In this document: in pieces, positions 21,168 to 32,061 of the stretch
Numbering within the stretch: position 1 is the first letter of the stretch
How the letters are laid out: the number at the start of each line of letters is the position of its first letter
Assembly (NCBI GenBank): GCA_965215565.1
Contig: CBDCDZ010000004.1
Span: 3,392,001-3,456,000 of the forward strand
Reading direction: 5' to 3'
Length of the DNA: 64,000 bases
Origin: Trueperaceae bacterium
GTDB lineage: Bacteria; Deinococcota; Deinococci; Deinococcales; Trueperaceae
Notes under the pieces: model-generated
Database searches by the model: none
Seen by the model: the letters and a program-made list of their open reading frames with translations, nothing else
Told to the model about the DNA's origin: nothing
Translations under genes and position numbers: made by a program

Positions 21168-21599
21168 CTACTCCTGCACGTCCACTGTAATCGTCGCCGC
21201 GCGGCTCAGCACAGCGCCCGTCTCCTGGTTCGTGACAGACAGGGCGTAGGTAAAGGTGTCTTCGCCCAAGTAGCCCTCGTCGGCGACGTACAAAATCTCC
21301 CCGTCATCCTCCACCGCGTCGCCGTGGGCGGGCGCGCCGGAATCCTGCAGGGTGAACTCGGGCGCGGTGTAGCCCGCTTCGGGATAGGTGGCCTCTTCCA
21401 AAATATACGTCAGCTCGATGACGACGTAAGGTCCTGCTATCACGACGTAAGGTCCCTCTTCGGTGGCGTCTATATCCGCCGCTTCAAAGGTGATTTCGGG
21501 CGCTTCGACGATGGCGGGCGCGTCCGGGGCAACGCCCGAATCTACGCTCCCACAAGCTACCAGCCAAAGAAGTGAACTCATCAGTACCTTGTCCATCAT
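21168..21599 (-). CDS. Small lipoprotein with a single Ig/cadherin-like domain, paralogous to the C-terminus of 16867-18579
   Basis: Lipobox LVAC; shares EAADIDATEEG, YILEE-TYPE and DDGEI-Y-ADEGY-G with the larger protein. Confidence 0.8.
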   Translation of the reverse strand: MMDKVLMSSLLWLVACGSVDSGVAPDAPAIVEAPEITFEAADIDATEEGPYVVIAGPYVVIELTYILEEATYPEAGYTAPEFTLQDSGAPAHGDAVEDDGEILYVADEGYLGEDTFTYALSVTNQETGAVLSRAATITVDVQE

Positions 21600-21609
21600 T
21601 TCCTCCTAA

Positions 21610-21741
21610 TAGCAGGTATCATCTGGTCAGAGTGTACGAAGTTTTGCGAAGCAACACTCGCACTTTGTAAAACAATGTCTAGCACGCACTTCAAGGGATG
21701 ATATCTGCGCTCAACTGTCTCAATATGTTGTGGAACTGCTA
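21610..21741 (+). mobile_element. MITE-like repeat copy (132 bp), flanked by TAA/TAA
   Basis: TAA|TAGCAGGTATCATCTGGTC...GATGATATCTGCGC...GGAACTGCTA|TAA; sits immediately upstream of the RBS of 21168-21599. Confidence 0.85.
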
Positions 21742-21856
21742 TAAAACCTGCGTAAGGACATCCCGTAAAAGCACCCCGTAGAAGCTTAACGCGCAAAAAG
21801 GCGCATCGACACGGATTAGTAGACGCCGCCTCCAAATAAGTGATGATTCGCTGCCA

Positions 21857-21872
21857 TGTGCACAATCTCACA
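21857..21872. promoter_or_regulatory. Candidate CRP-family binding site
   Basis: TGTGC-N6-TCACA (9/10 match to TGTGA-N6-TCACA); a weaker TGTGA-N6-TCATG lies at 21890. Confidence 0.4.
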
Positions 21873-22028
21873 CCTCGAGTCTACAAGGTTGTGAAAGATT
21901 TCATGGTGCAACCAGCACACCGCGCTAGCGCCGTGACTAGACCTGCGACTAAACCGTATGGACGCCAAATTGACGAGAGGGTGAGGCGCTAATTTTGGAG
22001 GGCTCGAGCTTCACCGCTTATCCAGCTT

Positions 22029-22994
22029 TTGTTATATCGTTGCTTGGGAGCGCGTTACACTACTCCGAACGCAAAGGAGGATACCGTCATCGCCATACTA
22101 CTCGGGTTTTTAGCCCTCCTCTTTGTCCTGCTGCTGTGGGGACTCGCCGAACCCTATTTCATCGACGTGCAGGAGAAAGAGGGCTTGATTCCGCGCCTGC
22201 CCGCCGCGTGGCAAGGGGCGCGCGTCGCGCTCATCGCGGATTTTCAGGTGGGGATGTGGCTCCACAACACGCCCACCATCCGCCGCGCCGTCCGCAAAAT
22301 TATCGAGGAGCGCCCGGCTTGCGTGCTCATCGCGGGCGACTTTATTTACGACAAGCGCACCGCGATTCCCGAAGCCGTCCAACTGACCAAACCGCTCATC
22401 GACGCGGGTCTCCCCACTTACGCCGTATTCGGCAACCACGACTACGCTCAACCTACTAAAGATGACCCGCCGGACAAGCAACTCGCCGCGGACTTGCGCA
22501 GCGCGTTAGAGGACATCGGGGTCAAGGTCATGCACAACGAGGCGACGACGCTGTCCCTGCCCAGTGCGCTAGAAGGTGACCCGCTCCACCTCGTCGGCGT
22601 CGGGGCGCATACGCCCGGCGAGGACAATGTGGCGCTGGCGCTCGCAAAACTGAGTCAGGATGCGCCGCGTCTCGTTCTGATGCACCACCCTAGCTCGTTC
22701 GCCGCTTTTCCCGCCCAAAGTGCGCCCCTCGCCGTCGCTGGGCACACGCATGGGGGGCAGATCAGCTTGCCTAAAGCACCCGGCTGGTCCTTATTAACCC
22801 GAATCCGCGACGGCGAGGTGTATGACGACGATTGGATCACTTCACATGCGAATGCGGGCAATAGCCTCTACGTCAACCGGGGCATCGGCTTTAGTCTGGT
22901 GCCGCTACGCATCTTCTGTATGCCCGAACTCACCTTCATCACGCTGAAACGCCCCAAGGACGATGCTCAGGGTAGCGAGCAGCATTCGCTATGA
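22029..22994 (+). CDS. Metallophosphoesterase (YkuE-like); true start probably ~22080
   Basis: ADFQ, AGDF, GNHD and GHTHGGQ motifs; N-terminal TM helix. Confidence 0.9.
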   Translation: MLYRCLGARYTTPNAKEDTVIAILLGFLALLFVLLLWGLAEPYFIDVQEKEGLIPRLPAAWQGARVALIADFQVGMWLHNTPTIRRAVRKIIEERPACVLIAGDFIYDKRTAIPEAVQLTKPLIDAGLPTYAVFGNHDYAQPTKDDPPDKQLAADLRSALEDIGVKVMHNEATTLSLPSALEGDPLHLVGVGAHTPGEDNVALALAKLSQDAPRLVLMHHPSSFAAFPAQSAPLAVAGHTHGGQISLPKAPGWSLLTRIRDGEVYDDDWITSHANAGNSLYVNRGIGFSLVPLRIFCMPELTFITLKRPKDDAQGSEQHSL

Positions 22995-23104
22995 TGGGTG
23001 GACGTTTCGTTAAACGGTAGGGTGATTTATGAGGCGCAGATAGGGTACATTTTGTAGGGTGAAATTCTCGAGGCGGCGGGGGCAGCGCCACCCCAAGGAG
23101 CGCG

Positions 23105-24010
23105 ATGTTTAACTTTGACTTCAATCAAGCTTTGCAGCAGCTCACCGACAAACTCACGGGTTGGGTGCAGAGTGCCATCGTCGCCCTGCCCAACGTCGTC
23201 ATCGCGGTACTCGCCTTTTTGCTCTTTTACTTTGGGGCGAGGGCGGCTAGAAACCTCATCCAGCGCGGGTTAGACAGCGTTTCACGCAACCGTCAAGTCA
23301 ACGGACTCATAGCCACCACAAGTTACGTCGCGCTCCTTATCGTCGGCATCATGACCGCGCTGAGCATCCTCAACCTCTCGGGCGTCGTGACCTCGCTTTT
23401 GGCAGGCGTCGGCATCATCGGCTTAGCGCTCGGTTTCGCCTTTCAAGATTTGGCCGCGAACTTCATGTCAGGCATCTTGATTGCCATTAGGCAACCTTTC
23501 GAACTCGACGACGTCGTCGAAACGAACGACTACGTCGGCACCATCGAGAGCGTCTCGCTCCGCTCCACTTCGGTGCGCACCTTTCAGGGGCAGATTGTCC
23601 TCATACCGAACAAAGACATCTTCGGCAACCCCATCGTCAATTACTCGGCGACGCGAAAACGCCGCGTCGACCTCTCCTGCGGCGTCGCGTACGGCGACGA
23701 TTTGGAAAAGGCGCGGGACTTAGCTATTCGAGCGGTTGAGTCGATAGAGTATCTCGATACGAGCAAAGAGGTGCAGCTCTTCTACACCGAGTTCGGCGAC
23801 TCGTCCATCAACTTTAACGTCCGCTTCTGGATAGACTTCAAAAAGCAGGTGGACTACCTAAGAGCGCAGAGCGACGCTATTATGAAGATTAAGAAGAGCT
23901 ACGACGACAACGGCATCACCATCCCCTTTCCGATTCGCACGCTGGACTTTGGCGTGGTGGGCGGGGAGAAGCTGGCGGAGGCACTGCCACCTAAGTTGCG
24001 AGGGGAATAG
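23105..24010 (+). CDS. mscS: Small-conductance mechanosensitive channel
   Basis: GLALGFAFQD--ANF-SG, IPN, N-S and ITIPFP motifs. Confidence 0.9.
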   Translation: MFNFDFNQALQQLTDKLTGWVQSAIVALPNVVIAVLAFLLFYFGARAARNLIQRGLDSVSRNRQVNGLIATTSYVALLIVGIMTALSILNLSGVVTSLLAGVGIIGLALGFAFQDLAANFMSGILIAIRQPFELDDVVETNDYVGTIESVSLRSTSVRTFQGQIVLIPNKDIFGNPIVNYSATRKRRVDLSCGVAYGDDLEKARDLAIRAVESIEYLDTSKEVQLFYTEFGDSSINFNVRFWIDFKKQVDYLRAQSDAIMKIKKSYDDNGITIPFPIRTLDFGVVGGEKLAEALPPKLRGE

Positions 24011-24091
24011 CGTCTCAGCTAGTCAGGAAAAACCTGAAGTGCTGACACGCTGACTAGCTGAAGTGCTTCTCTCCTGTTACACTGCTACTTC

Positions 24092-24952
24092 ATGAGCGTC
24101 ACGCAAAAAGCCCCCCGCATCGCTTACCAAGGTATCTCCGGCGCGTTCAGCGAGGAGGCGTCCTTGCAGTTCGCCCCTGACGGGGAAACCGTCGGCTTTC
24201 ACACCTTTAGAGAGGCATTTCAAGCGACTGTTACCGAAAGCTGCGACTTCGCCTGTTTGCCCGTCGAAAACTCGCTAGCGGGCTCCATCAACCAGACGTA
24301 TGACCTCTTAACCGACTCGGTTTTGCACGTCGTCGGTGAGCAAATCGTCCGCGTCCATCACAACCTCTTAGCGAAACCCGGCACGAAGCTAGAAGAGGTC
24401 AAGCGCGTCTACAGCCACCCACAAGCTTTGGCGCAGTGCCAGGCGTTTCTGGCGAAGCACCACATGGAGGCGGTGACGGATTTCGACACGGCGGGCGCAG
24501 CCAAACTTCTAGCGGACGGGAATAATTCAGGTGGAGGCGAGGGCAAAGCGGCGATCGCCTCCAAACGCGCCGCCGAAATCTACGGCTTAGAGATTTTGCG
24601 CGAGCACATCGAAGACGTGGACTTTAACTACACGCGCTTTTTTATCCTCGGTCCAGACGAAAAACCCAAAGGCGAGGGTAAACATAAGTCGAGTTTGGTC
24701 ATCGCCACGCGGCACCGTCCCGGCGACCTGGTGGCGTGCTTAGAGCAGTTTCCCGAGTATGGCATCAACATGACCAAGCTCGAGTCCCGCCCCCGCCGCG
24801 ACAAGCCCTGGAGCTACCTCTTTTATATCGACATCGAAGGGCATTTAGACGACACGAATGTACAAAACGCAATGACCGGGCTGATGAGAAAAGCGGCGTT
24901 CGTCAAGTTCTTGGGCTCGTATCCGGCTGCGCCCTCCATCGTGGAGCCGTGA
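24092..24952 (+). CDS. pheA: Prephenate dehydratase
   Basis: PVENS, SHPQALAQC, NYTRF and ACT-domain NMTKLESRP motifs. Confidence 0.95.
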   Translation: MSVTQKAPRIAYQGISGAFSEEASLQFAPDGETVGFHTFREAFQATVTESCDFACLPVENSLAGSINQTYDLLTDSVLHVVGEQIVRVHHNLLAKPGTKLEEVKRVYSHPQALAQCQAFLAKHHMEAVTDFDTAGAAKLLADGNNSGGGEGKAAIASKRAAEIYGLEILREHIEDVDFNYTRFFILGPDEKPKGEGKHKSSLVIATRHRPGDLVACLEQFPEYGINMTKLESRPRRDKPWSYLFYIDIEGHLDDTNVQNAMTGLMRKAAFVKFLGSYPAAPSIVEP

Positions 24953-25027
24953 GCGGAACGTGGCTGGCTCGAGAGGTACAAGCAAGAGGTTGAAACCCCT
25001 TGTTCATCGGTTCTAGTCCTCGGTCCG

Positions 25028-25753
25028 ATGCTCGCCACCTTTATTCTCACTACAGTTATCGCCTTCGTCGTCAAAGGTCTAACGGGCTTTGGTCCTGCGC
25101 TGGTGATGGTTCCCGTTTTTAGCTATTTTTTGCCCTTCACCGAAGTCGTGCCCATTAGCGGTGCACTCCTCTTCTTTTCAAACCTTCCCCTCGCCTTTTC
25201 GGGAAGAGGTCAACTGCCTAAGCGGAGCTTCATTCCCGCGGCGCTTGGCTTCGGGATTGGCGTGGCGTTGGGCGGCAACTTACTCGTTATCTTGCCCGAA
25301 GCGGTTTTGCAACAGATTCTTGGGGTGACGCTCATTGGGTTTTGCGGCTATCAGCTCTGGGGTGGGCGGCAGGTGGACGAAAGACCTCTTTTAGATAGAG
25401 GGGAGCAGGTGAGGCTTCTGGTGGTCTCGAGCCTCAGCGGTCTCATCGTCGGGGCAGTTGGTGCGGGCGCGTTGCCGCTTATCATCTACCTCGGTTTGCG
25501 CTATCCTAAAGCGAACTTTAGACTGCTACTCACTTACGTCTTCTTGGTTGGCTCCGCCTCACAGGTTGCGGTTTACAGCCTGCGCGGGCTCTACACATCC
25601 GATGTTCTCCTTTTAAGCGCCGGTCTTATCGTCCCGATGTTCTTAGGGCTCTGGCTCGGCTCACTCTTTTTCGGGCGCGTGCCGCAGCGCACCTTTAACC
25701 GCGTGGTGGGTGTGTTGCTCCTCTTGCCAGCGGTGCAACTGCTGACGAGCTAG
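25028..25753 (+). CDS. TauE/SafE (DUF81) family membrane transporter
   Basis: KGLTGFG motif; about 8 TM helices. Confidence 0.8.
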   Translation: MLATFILTTVIAFVVKGLTGFGPALVMVPVFSYFLPFTEVVPISGALLFFSNLPLAFSGRGQLPKRSFIPAALGFGIGVALGGNLLVILPEAVLQQILGVTLIGFCGYQLWGGRQVDERPLLDRGEQVRLLVVSSLSGLIVGAVGAGALPLIIYLGLRYPKANFRLLLTYVFLVGSASQVAVYSLRGLYTSDVLLLSAGLIVPMFLGLWLGSLFFGRVPQRTFNRVVGVLLLLPAVQLLTS

Positions 25754-25805
25754 AAATGAGGTCGCAAAACTAAAGAGGTCAAGCCGTTGCGTATAGACTG
25801 AGCAC

Positions 25806-26042
25806 ATGGATTCGGATATCAACGCAGACACGCAAGTCAAAGAAACGATTACCTTAAACGACACTCTGAAGCTCTCCGGTTTGGCAGAGACAGGTGGGCA
25901 CGCCAAAGTGATGATTCAGGCAGGTGAGGTGCTTGTGAATGGAGAGGTGGAGACGCGGCGTAAGCGCAAGTTGAAAGAGGGGGATGTGGTGAGCGTGGGG
26001 GAGGAGGAGTTTGTGTTGGAGTTGGACGCGGAGGAAGAATAA
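25806..26042 (+). CDS. S4-domain RNA-binding protein (YaaA/YbcJ-like)
   Basis: LKLSGLAETGGHAK...VNGEVETRRKRKL. Confidence 0.9.
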   Translation: MDSDINADTQVKETITLNDTLKLSGLAETGGHAKVMIQAGEVLVNGEVETRRKRKLKEGDVVSVGEEEFVLELDAEEE

Positions 26043-26110
26043 GTTGCTTGTCACATCCAAATGAATGTAAAGTTGTAATATAGTACATATACTTAATTTT
26101 TGAGGTATTC

Positions 26111-26914
26111 GTGATGTCGTTAGAGACAGCTTCTTTACAAAAATCATTCTCTGTACGGATGTCAGGAGAGAATATATCTCCTGAAGCTGTTCCTGTGAAC
26201 GACCTCGTAGAACTGCTTAAACATTTTCAGAAGCTGGTTAAAGCATATTCTCAAGAGAAGTCCCTAAGCCCGAAAGAAGAATCATCTGTTACCGCACAAA
26301 TTAGCTTGGCGGAAATTAAACGGGGTAGCGCTATTTATACTATAGCGACTGATACTTACGCTATAAACGCTATTACGGCTACTTCGGAAGCAATTCAATC
26401 AGGATATTATTCAGACCTTCCCACCGATGTCCTTGAGGAATTAAGGGGCATCTCGGAATTTGGACGCAAGAAGCATCTATCAGTTGAACTTATTCACAAT
26501 GAATTTTCTACTGAAACAACAGTCAGGCTAGATGCTGATTTGTTACCACAACTCCCGCTTATCTCTGGAACAACGACGCTTTTTGGAATCTGCCTTCGTG
26601 TAGGTGGTATGAAGCCAACTGCGGCGATTAAGCCATTATCGGGAGGGCGCACCATCTATGCCCAAGCTAGCGAAGAGATAGCTAGGCGGCTCGCTGCCCG
26701 TTTATACGAAGAGGTCGTTCTCGAGGGTAGTGCTGTATGGCGCTCAGATACTTGGGAAATTAAAGAGTTTTCTATATCAAGGCTCGTCCCTTACCAACGC
26801 CAAAATCTTGAACAATCATTCAAAGAGTTAGCAGACGCCTCGAGGGGAAGATGGAACGATATTGACGCTGCTGACTATGTAGATGGTCTTAGGGATGAGG
26901 CCATAGAGGAATGA
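26111..26914 (+). CDS. Large putative antitoxin/sensor partner of the downstream PIN toxin
   Basis: Low GC; ATGA overlap with the PIN gene; C-terminal GRWNDIDAADYVDGLRDE resembles VapB-type toxin-binding tails. Confidence 0.65.
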   Translation: MMSLETASLQKSFSVRMSGENISPEAVPVNDLVELLKHFQKLVKAYSQEKSLSPKEESSVTAQISLAEIKRGSAIYTIATDTYAINAITATSEAIQSGYYSDLPTDVLEELRGISEFGRKKHLSVELIHNEFSTETTVRLDADLLPQLPLISGTTTLFGICLRVGGMKPTAAIKPLSGGRTIYAQASEEIARRLAARLYEEVVLEGSAVWRSDTWEIKEFSISRLVPYQRQNLEQSFKELADASRGRWNDIDAADYVDGLRDEAIEE

Positions 26915-27390
26915 TCTGCCTCGACACACAAGTTCTTATTTGGGGAGTGCAAGGACAAGCCACACCAAACGCTCAAGAAATGATAGCAAGAACAGCAAAA
27001 TACATAGCCCATCTGGAAGCACAGAATACTAGGGTCATTATACCCGCTCCGGTAGTAACTGAATATTTGCAAGGCTTTGAAGTAGAAGAGCAGCCGAGGC
27101 AGCTTATCGCTCTTCAGAGAAATTTTGTCATACCAGCATTTGATATTGCAGCGGCAACACTTACTGCGAAGTTGATGCGAGAGCGGCAGAAAGAGGTTGG
27201 TCGGCGAAGCAACGAAACTAGACAGAGCTTAAAAGTGGACTTTATGATCGCAGCAATAGCAATTCAGCAAGGTGCGACCACCATAGTCACACACAACACG
27301 AGTGATTTTAAGGGCATCTGCGGCAACCGAATTAGCGTGATTGATGTTCCTGATATAGCGTTGCAAGGTGGATTGGATTTTCAGACTTGA
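26911..27390 (+). CDS. PIN-domain (VapC-like) ribonuclease toxin
   Basis: ICLDTQVL, V-TEY, VDFMIAAIA and VTHN-SDF acidic PIN motifs. Confidence 0.85.
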   Translation: MICLDTQVLIWGVQGQATPNAQEMIARTAKYIAHLEAQNTRVIIPAPVVTEYLQGFEVEEQPRQLIALQRNFVIPAFDIAAATLTAKLMRERQKEVGRRSNETRQSLKVDFMIAAIAIQQGATTIVTHNTSDFKGICGNRISVIDVPDIALQGGLDFQT

Positions 27391-27429
27391 GCAACACAAG
27401 GTCTATCTGCCCAATCTAGCTCGAGCCCC

Positions 27430-27978
27430 TCAAAGCACCGGAAATACAGCAACCTCCACCTCTGGAAACGCCCTCGGCGCAACCTTCTCACCGCGCCGCA
27501 CAATTAAGCTGTAGCGGTATCTATTGCCATCAGGCTCCCAATACACCTCTGCAAGTCCGTTTGCTACATCAACAATCCAAAGTTCTGGCACGCCCGCTTC
27601 GGCATAAGCAGGCAGCTTCTTTTCCTTATCGAAGGCTAAGCTCGACAGGCTTACTTCAACGGCGAGCAGCGTATCTTCGGCTGTGGGGTGCGCGTCCATG
27701 TAGAAGTTATCTTTTGGATGTAAAAGAGCGAGGTCAGGCTCGAGCAAGCAGTATTCGTTCAAAATCAGCGGATGACGGACGCTGATGATGGCGCTTTCTT
27801 CGTAGGCTTCTTGTAGCACCTTATTGAGCCACATTACATGTCCAGATTGTCGGCTACTCGGCAGCGACGTTACGCAAATCTCGCCGTCTAAGAGTTCAAC
27901 CCGCTTCTCTGGTAGACTCGTCTTAGCACCATCTATTGCAAAGAGGTCATCTACCGTAAATTTGTACTTAGTGACCAC
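27430..27978 (-). CDS. Uma2 family putative endonuclease
   Basis: [20 protein letters not shown] and [14 protein letters not shown] motifs. Confidence 0.9.
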   Translation of the reverse strand: MVTKYKFTVDDLFAIDGAKTSLPEKRVELLDGEICVTSLPSSRQSGHVMWLNKVLQEAYEESAIISVRHPLILNEYCLLEPDLALLHPKDNFYMDAHPTAEDTLLAVEVSLSSLAFDKEKKLPAYAEAGVPELWIVDVANGLAEVYWEPDGNRYRYSLIVRRGEKVAPRAFPEVEVAVFPVL

Positions 27979-28056
27979 AGCACTACTTTAGCATTCAGCG
28001 CCGCAACAATTTCTGTATCTTTATGCGTGTTATCCTCTTCCCTCGAGAGGTACACC

Positions 28057-31000
28057 ATGCCCAAACGCACCGACCTTAAAAAAATCCTGATTCTAGGCTC
28101 CGGCCCCATCGTGATTGGTCAAGCCGCCGAATTCGACTACTCCGGCACGCAAGCCTGCAAAGCGCTCCGCGCCGAGGGCTTTGAGGTGGTACTCATCAAC
28201 TCGAACCCGGCGACCATTATGACCGACCCGGAGGTGGCGGATAAAACCTATATCGAGCCCCTAACGCCCGAGTTTGCCGAAAAAGTCATCATCGCGGAGC
28301 AGCCGGACGCGCTCTTGCCGACGTTGGGCGGACAGACGGCGCTCAACCTCGCGAAAGCTTTGTATGAAGCCGGAACGCTTGAGAAACACGGCGTCGAACT
28401 CATCGGCGCGAACTACGACGCGATTCAAAAGGGTGAAGACAGGCAGCTCTTTCAGCAAGCGATGAATAAAATAGGCATCAGCACGCCTGCTGGGAAGATG
28501 GTGGGGACGCTCGAGGAAGCCTTAGCGTTCACTCAAGAAATCGGCTACCCTGCGATTATCCGTCCGTCTTTTACGCTGGGCGGTACGGGCGGCGGTATCG
28601 CCTACGACGAAGCGGAGTTTCGCCAAATCGTGCGCCAGGGCTTGCACGACTCACCCGTACACACCGTTCAGGTCGAGCAGTCCGTCTTGGGTTGGAAAGA
28701 GTACGAGCTAGAGGTCATGCGCGACCACAACGACACGGTGGTCATCATCTGCTCGATTGAAAACGTGGACCCGATGGGCGTGCATACGGGCGACTCCATC
28801 ACGGTTGCGCCCGCGCAGACCCTGTCGGATAAGGAATATCAGAAGCTCCGCGACTTCTCCATCGACATCATCCGCGAAATCGGCGTGGAGACGGGCGGCT
28901 CGAACATCCAGTTCGCGGTGAACCCTGCGAACGGTGACATCATCGTGATTGAAATGAACCCGAGGGTGTCGCGCTCATCGGCGTTAGCGAGCAAAGCGAC
29001 GGGCTACCCGATTGCGAAGATTGCTGCTTTGCTCGCGGTAGGCTATCACTTGGATGAGTTGCCCAACGACATCACTCGCGTGACGAAAGCTGCTTTTGAG
29101 CCCTCCATTGACTACGTCGTGACGAAGATTCCGCGCTTCGCCTTCGAGAAGTTCCCAGAAACGAAAGACGTGCTCGGCACGCAGATGCGCAGCGTCGGTG
29201 AGGTCATGGCGATTGGGCGTACGTTCAAAGAATCGCTCTTCAAAGCCTTGCGCTCCTTAGAACTCGACGTGCGCGGCGCGACGAAAGATCTCAACTTGGC
29301 GCAGCTAGAAAGCCGCTTGTACCCCAACCCGCGCCGCTTGCCTGCTTTGTTAGAACTTCTGCGGCGCGGCAAGAGCACGCGCTATTTGGGGGAGAAAACG
29401 TCCGTTGACCCCTGGTTTTTGGGGCAGCTTAAAGAGATTGTGGACGTGGAGAAAGAAATGACGCGCTTGGGTGGGCCGAGTCGGTGGAGCGAAGGGGTAT
29501 GGCTCGAGGTCAAACGCATCGGCTTCAGCGACGCGGACTTGGCGCAACTCACGAACACCTCGGCGGGAGAGATTCGCCGTATCCGCGTAGAGAGAGGTCG
29601 GACGCCCGTCTATAAAACGGTGGACACTTGCGCCGCTGAGTTCGAGGCGTACACGCCCTATCACTACAGCACGTATGAGCGAGAGGATGAGGTCACGGAC
29701 TCGGACAAACAAAAAGTCGTCATCTTAGGCTCCGGTCCAAACCGCATCGGGCAAGGCGTCGAGTTCGACTACGCGACGGTGCACGCGGTCTGGGCGCTCA
29801 AAGAGGCGGGCTATGAGACCATCATGGTCAACTCGAACCCCGAGACCGTCTCGACGGACTATGACACGGCGGATAGGCTCTACTTCGAGCCCTTGACCTT
29901 TGAGGATACGCTCAACATCATCCAACGGGAAGAGGCTGTGGGCGTGATCGTCCAACTCGGCGGGCAGACACCTTTGAAACTGGCGCAACCTCTTGCGGAT
30001 GCGGGCGTGCCGATTTGGGGCACACCTGCTGAGGCCATCTTCGCCGCTGAGGACCGCGATGCGTTCTATACGCTATGTCAGAAGTTAGAGATTCCACAAC
30101 CAAGGGGCGGCGTGGCGAAAAAGCCTAAAGAAGCGCGCGCTCTCGCCCAGGACATCGGCTACCCCGTGATGGTGCGCCCCTCGTTTGTGTTAGGCGGACG
30201 GGCGATGCGGCGCGTCTATAACGCGGCGGAGTTAAGTGAATACTTAGAAGAGGTCTACGCGGAGTTGCCGGACAATCCCTCGATTCTGGTGGATGAATTT
30301 TTGGAGGGAGCCAAAGAGGTCGACGTAGACGCCCTAGCGGACGGCGAACACGCTGTCGTCGCGGGCATCATGGAACACATCGAGGGCGCGGGCGTCCATT
30401 CGGGCGACAGCGCGTGCATCACACCGCCCGTTACGTTGAGCCAAGAGGTTATAGAGACGCTTCACGAGTACAGCGTCAAACTCGCCAAAAAGATTGGCGT
30501 GAAAGGGCTCATCAATATCCAGTACGTGATTCAAAACGACAAGGTCTACGTCATCGAGGCGAATCCAAGAGCGAGCCGTACGGTTCCTTACCTCTCCAAA
30601 GCGGTTGGTCATCCGCTCGCTAAGTACGCAGCGCTGATTGCGGCAGGTCAGACGCTCGCAGACCTAAGCTTCACCGAAACGCCTAAGCCAGAGGTCTATA
30701 GCGTTAAAGAGGTCGTCTTGCCCTTCCTCAAATTTACGAACGTGCCGCCCGTATTAGGACCGGAGATGCGCTCGACGGGTGAGAGTATGGGCATTGACGC
30801 GGACCCCTATTTGGCTTTTTACAAAGCGCTTTTAGGTGCGAACGTGCGCCCACCATCTCGAGGAGAGGTGCGGCTCATCGGGGATGACGTGGCAAGTTTG
30901 GAAACGAATTTGACCTCTTTAGGGTTTAGTGTGAGCAGCGGAATCGACACTGAGCTGAGCGAAGAACCGAGCTATGACCTCTTGATCGATACAGTGCACA

Positions 31001-31155
31001 CGCCCGAGTTGCGCCGCGCTCTGGAGAACGGCGTTCCTTACATCACGACGAAAGAGGCGGCGCAGTGGCTCGTCAAGGCGATTGAGAGGACTCGAAACGC
31101 AGGTTTAGATGTCAACGCCTTGCAGAACCTTGGAGTTCAGGGGGTGTCTGGCTAG
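28057..31155 (+). CDS. carB: Carbamoyl-phosphate synthase large subunit
   Basis: [30 protein letters not shown]; two ATP-grasp halves. Confidence 0.98.
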   Translation: MPKRTDLKKILILGSGPIVIGQAAEFDYSGTQACKALRAEGFEVVLINSNPATIMTDPEVADKTYIEPLTPEFAEKVIIAEQPDALLPTLGGQTALNLAKALYEAGTLEKHGVELIGANYDAIQKGEDRQLFQQAMNKIGISTPAGKMVGTLEEALAFTQEIGYPAIIRPSFTLGGTGGGIAYDEAEFRQIVRQGLHDSPVHTVQVEQSVLGWKEYELEVMRDHNDTVVIICSIENVDPMGVHTGDSITVAPAQTLSDKEYQKLRDFSIDIIREIGVETGGSNIQFAVNPANGDIIVIEMNPRVSRSSALASKATGYPIAKIAALLAVGYHLDELPNDITRVTKAAFEPSIDYVVTKIPRFAFEKFPETKDVLGTQMRSVGEVMAIGRTFKESLFKALRSLELDVRGATKDLNLAQLESRLYPNPRRLPALLELLRRGKSTRYLGEKTSVDPWFLGQLKEIVDVEKEMTRLGGPSRWSEGVWLEVKRIGFSDADLAQLTNTSAGEIRRIRVERGRTPVYKTVDTCAAEFEAYTPYHYSTYEREDEVTDSDKQKVVILGSGPNRIGQGVEFDYATVHAVWALKEAGYETIMVNSNPETVSTDYDTADRLYFEPLTFEDTLNIIQREEAVGVIVQLGGQTPLKLAQPLADAGVPIWGTPAEAIFAAEDRDAFYTLCQKLEIPQPRGGVAKKPKEARALAQDIGYPVMVRPSFVLGGRAMRRVYNAAELSEYLEEVYAELPDNPSILVDEFLEGAKEVDVDALADGEHAVVAGIMEHIEGAGVHSGDSACITPPVTLSQEVIETLHEYSVKLAKKIGVKGLINIQYVIQNDKVYVIEANPRASRTVPYLSKAVGHPLAKYAALIAAGQTLADLSFTETPKPEVYSVKEVVLPFLKFTNVPPVLGPEMRSTGESMGIDADPYLAFYKALLGANVRPPSRGEVRLIGDDVASLETNLTSLGFSVSSGIDTELSEEPSYDLLIDTVHTPELRRALENGVPYITTKEAAQWLVKAIERTRNAGLDVNALQNLGVQGVSG

Positions 31156-31183
31156 GGGCAGCGCTCTCGTTCGTTGAGGTGGT

Positions 31184-31861
31184 TTAGATGACCTGCATCA
31201 CGTAGTGGTCCGTCGCCGCCTCTAACCCTTTCGGATTCGCCACGTAGATGCCGCGCGTTCCCGAGAGCGCCCCTTCACTTCTAAGTTCGCCCAGGATGCG
31301 CGTGATGGTAACGCGGGACGAGCCCGTCAGCGACGCCAAATCCTCGTGGGTCAGTGCGAGCGGCAGCTTGACGCCAGCCTGGTCGTCGGCGTGCTGACCG
31401 AAGCGCTCGGCTAAGCGTAAGAAAGCGCGCGTGACGCGAGCGCCCACCGGCAGCTCGGCGTCGTCAATCGCTTCGCGGCTGCGGCGCAGTTGCCGCGCCA
31501 TGCTGCTCACGATGTAGTCGCGCAGCTTGCGGTCGTTCATCGCTTGCTGGGGGTCTAAAGGGGTCAAGCAGGCGTCGTGGACCGCCTCGACGGTCTCGGC
31601 GTGACGCCCCGACTCGATCGTGGCAACGCCCAACACGTCGCCGGGACCGTAGAGGTCAGCGATGCGGTCGCGCCCGAGCGAGGTGGGCACGATCGCTTTA
31701 AGCACGCCCTGGTTGACGATGTAGAGCGAGCTGGCGTCGCGCCCTGACTCGTAGAGCACACTGCCGGGCTCCAAGGTGCGCGTCGGGTGGGCGAGCGTGC
31801 TCGGAACGACGGTGGGGGTGGTGCAGTCTCCCTGGATGAGGTGTTCGGTTACGCTTAACAT
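31184..31861 (-). CDS. Crp/Fnr family transcriptional regulator
   Basis: cNMP-binding beta-roll plus HTH LTHEDLASLTGSSRVTITRIL. Confidence 0.92.
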   Translation of the reverse strand: MLSVTEHLIQGDCTTPTVVPSTLAHPTRTLEPGSVLYESGRDASSLYIVNQGVLKAIVPTSLGRDRIADLYGPGDVLGVATIESGRHAETVEAVHDACLTPLDPQQAMNDRKLRDYIVSSMARQLRRSREAIDDAELPVGARVTRAFLRLAERFGQHADDQAGVKLPLALTHEDLASLTGSSRVTITRILGELRSEGALSGTRGIYVANPKGLEAATDHYVMQVI

Positions 31862-32061
31862 GGGGTCTCCTTTGCGGTTAAGCTCAACCGGCTATTCTGG
31901 GCGACCCGTTCTGGCGCACGGCGACTCGAGTACCCTAACTGCCTACCATAGCGACTCGAGTCCAAAAGAGGAGCTTAACCCTACAGACTAAATGGTCTGT
32001 TATTTTCACACATTTGTCGGTATGGAATCTTACACTCTTTGTGAAGTCCTTAACGAGACCC

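Noticed and set aside
15284..21599. Lipoprotein paralogs as a diversity-generating retroelement or shufflon
   Set aside because: No reverse transcriptase or recombinase, no adenine-specific template/variable repeat pair, and all genes share one orientation.
30850..31155. Short, divergent C-terminal domain of CarB as a defect
   Set aside because: The frame is intact to a normal stop; a reduced allosteric domain is more likely lineage variation.
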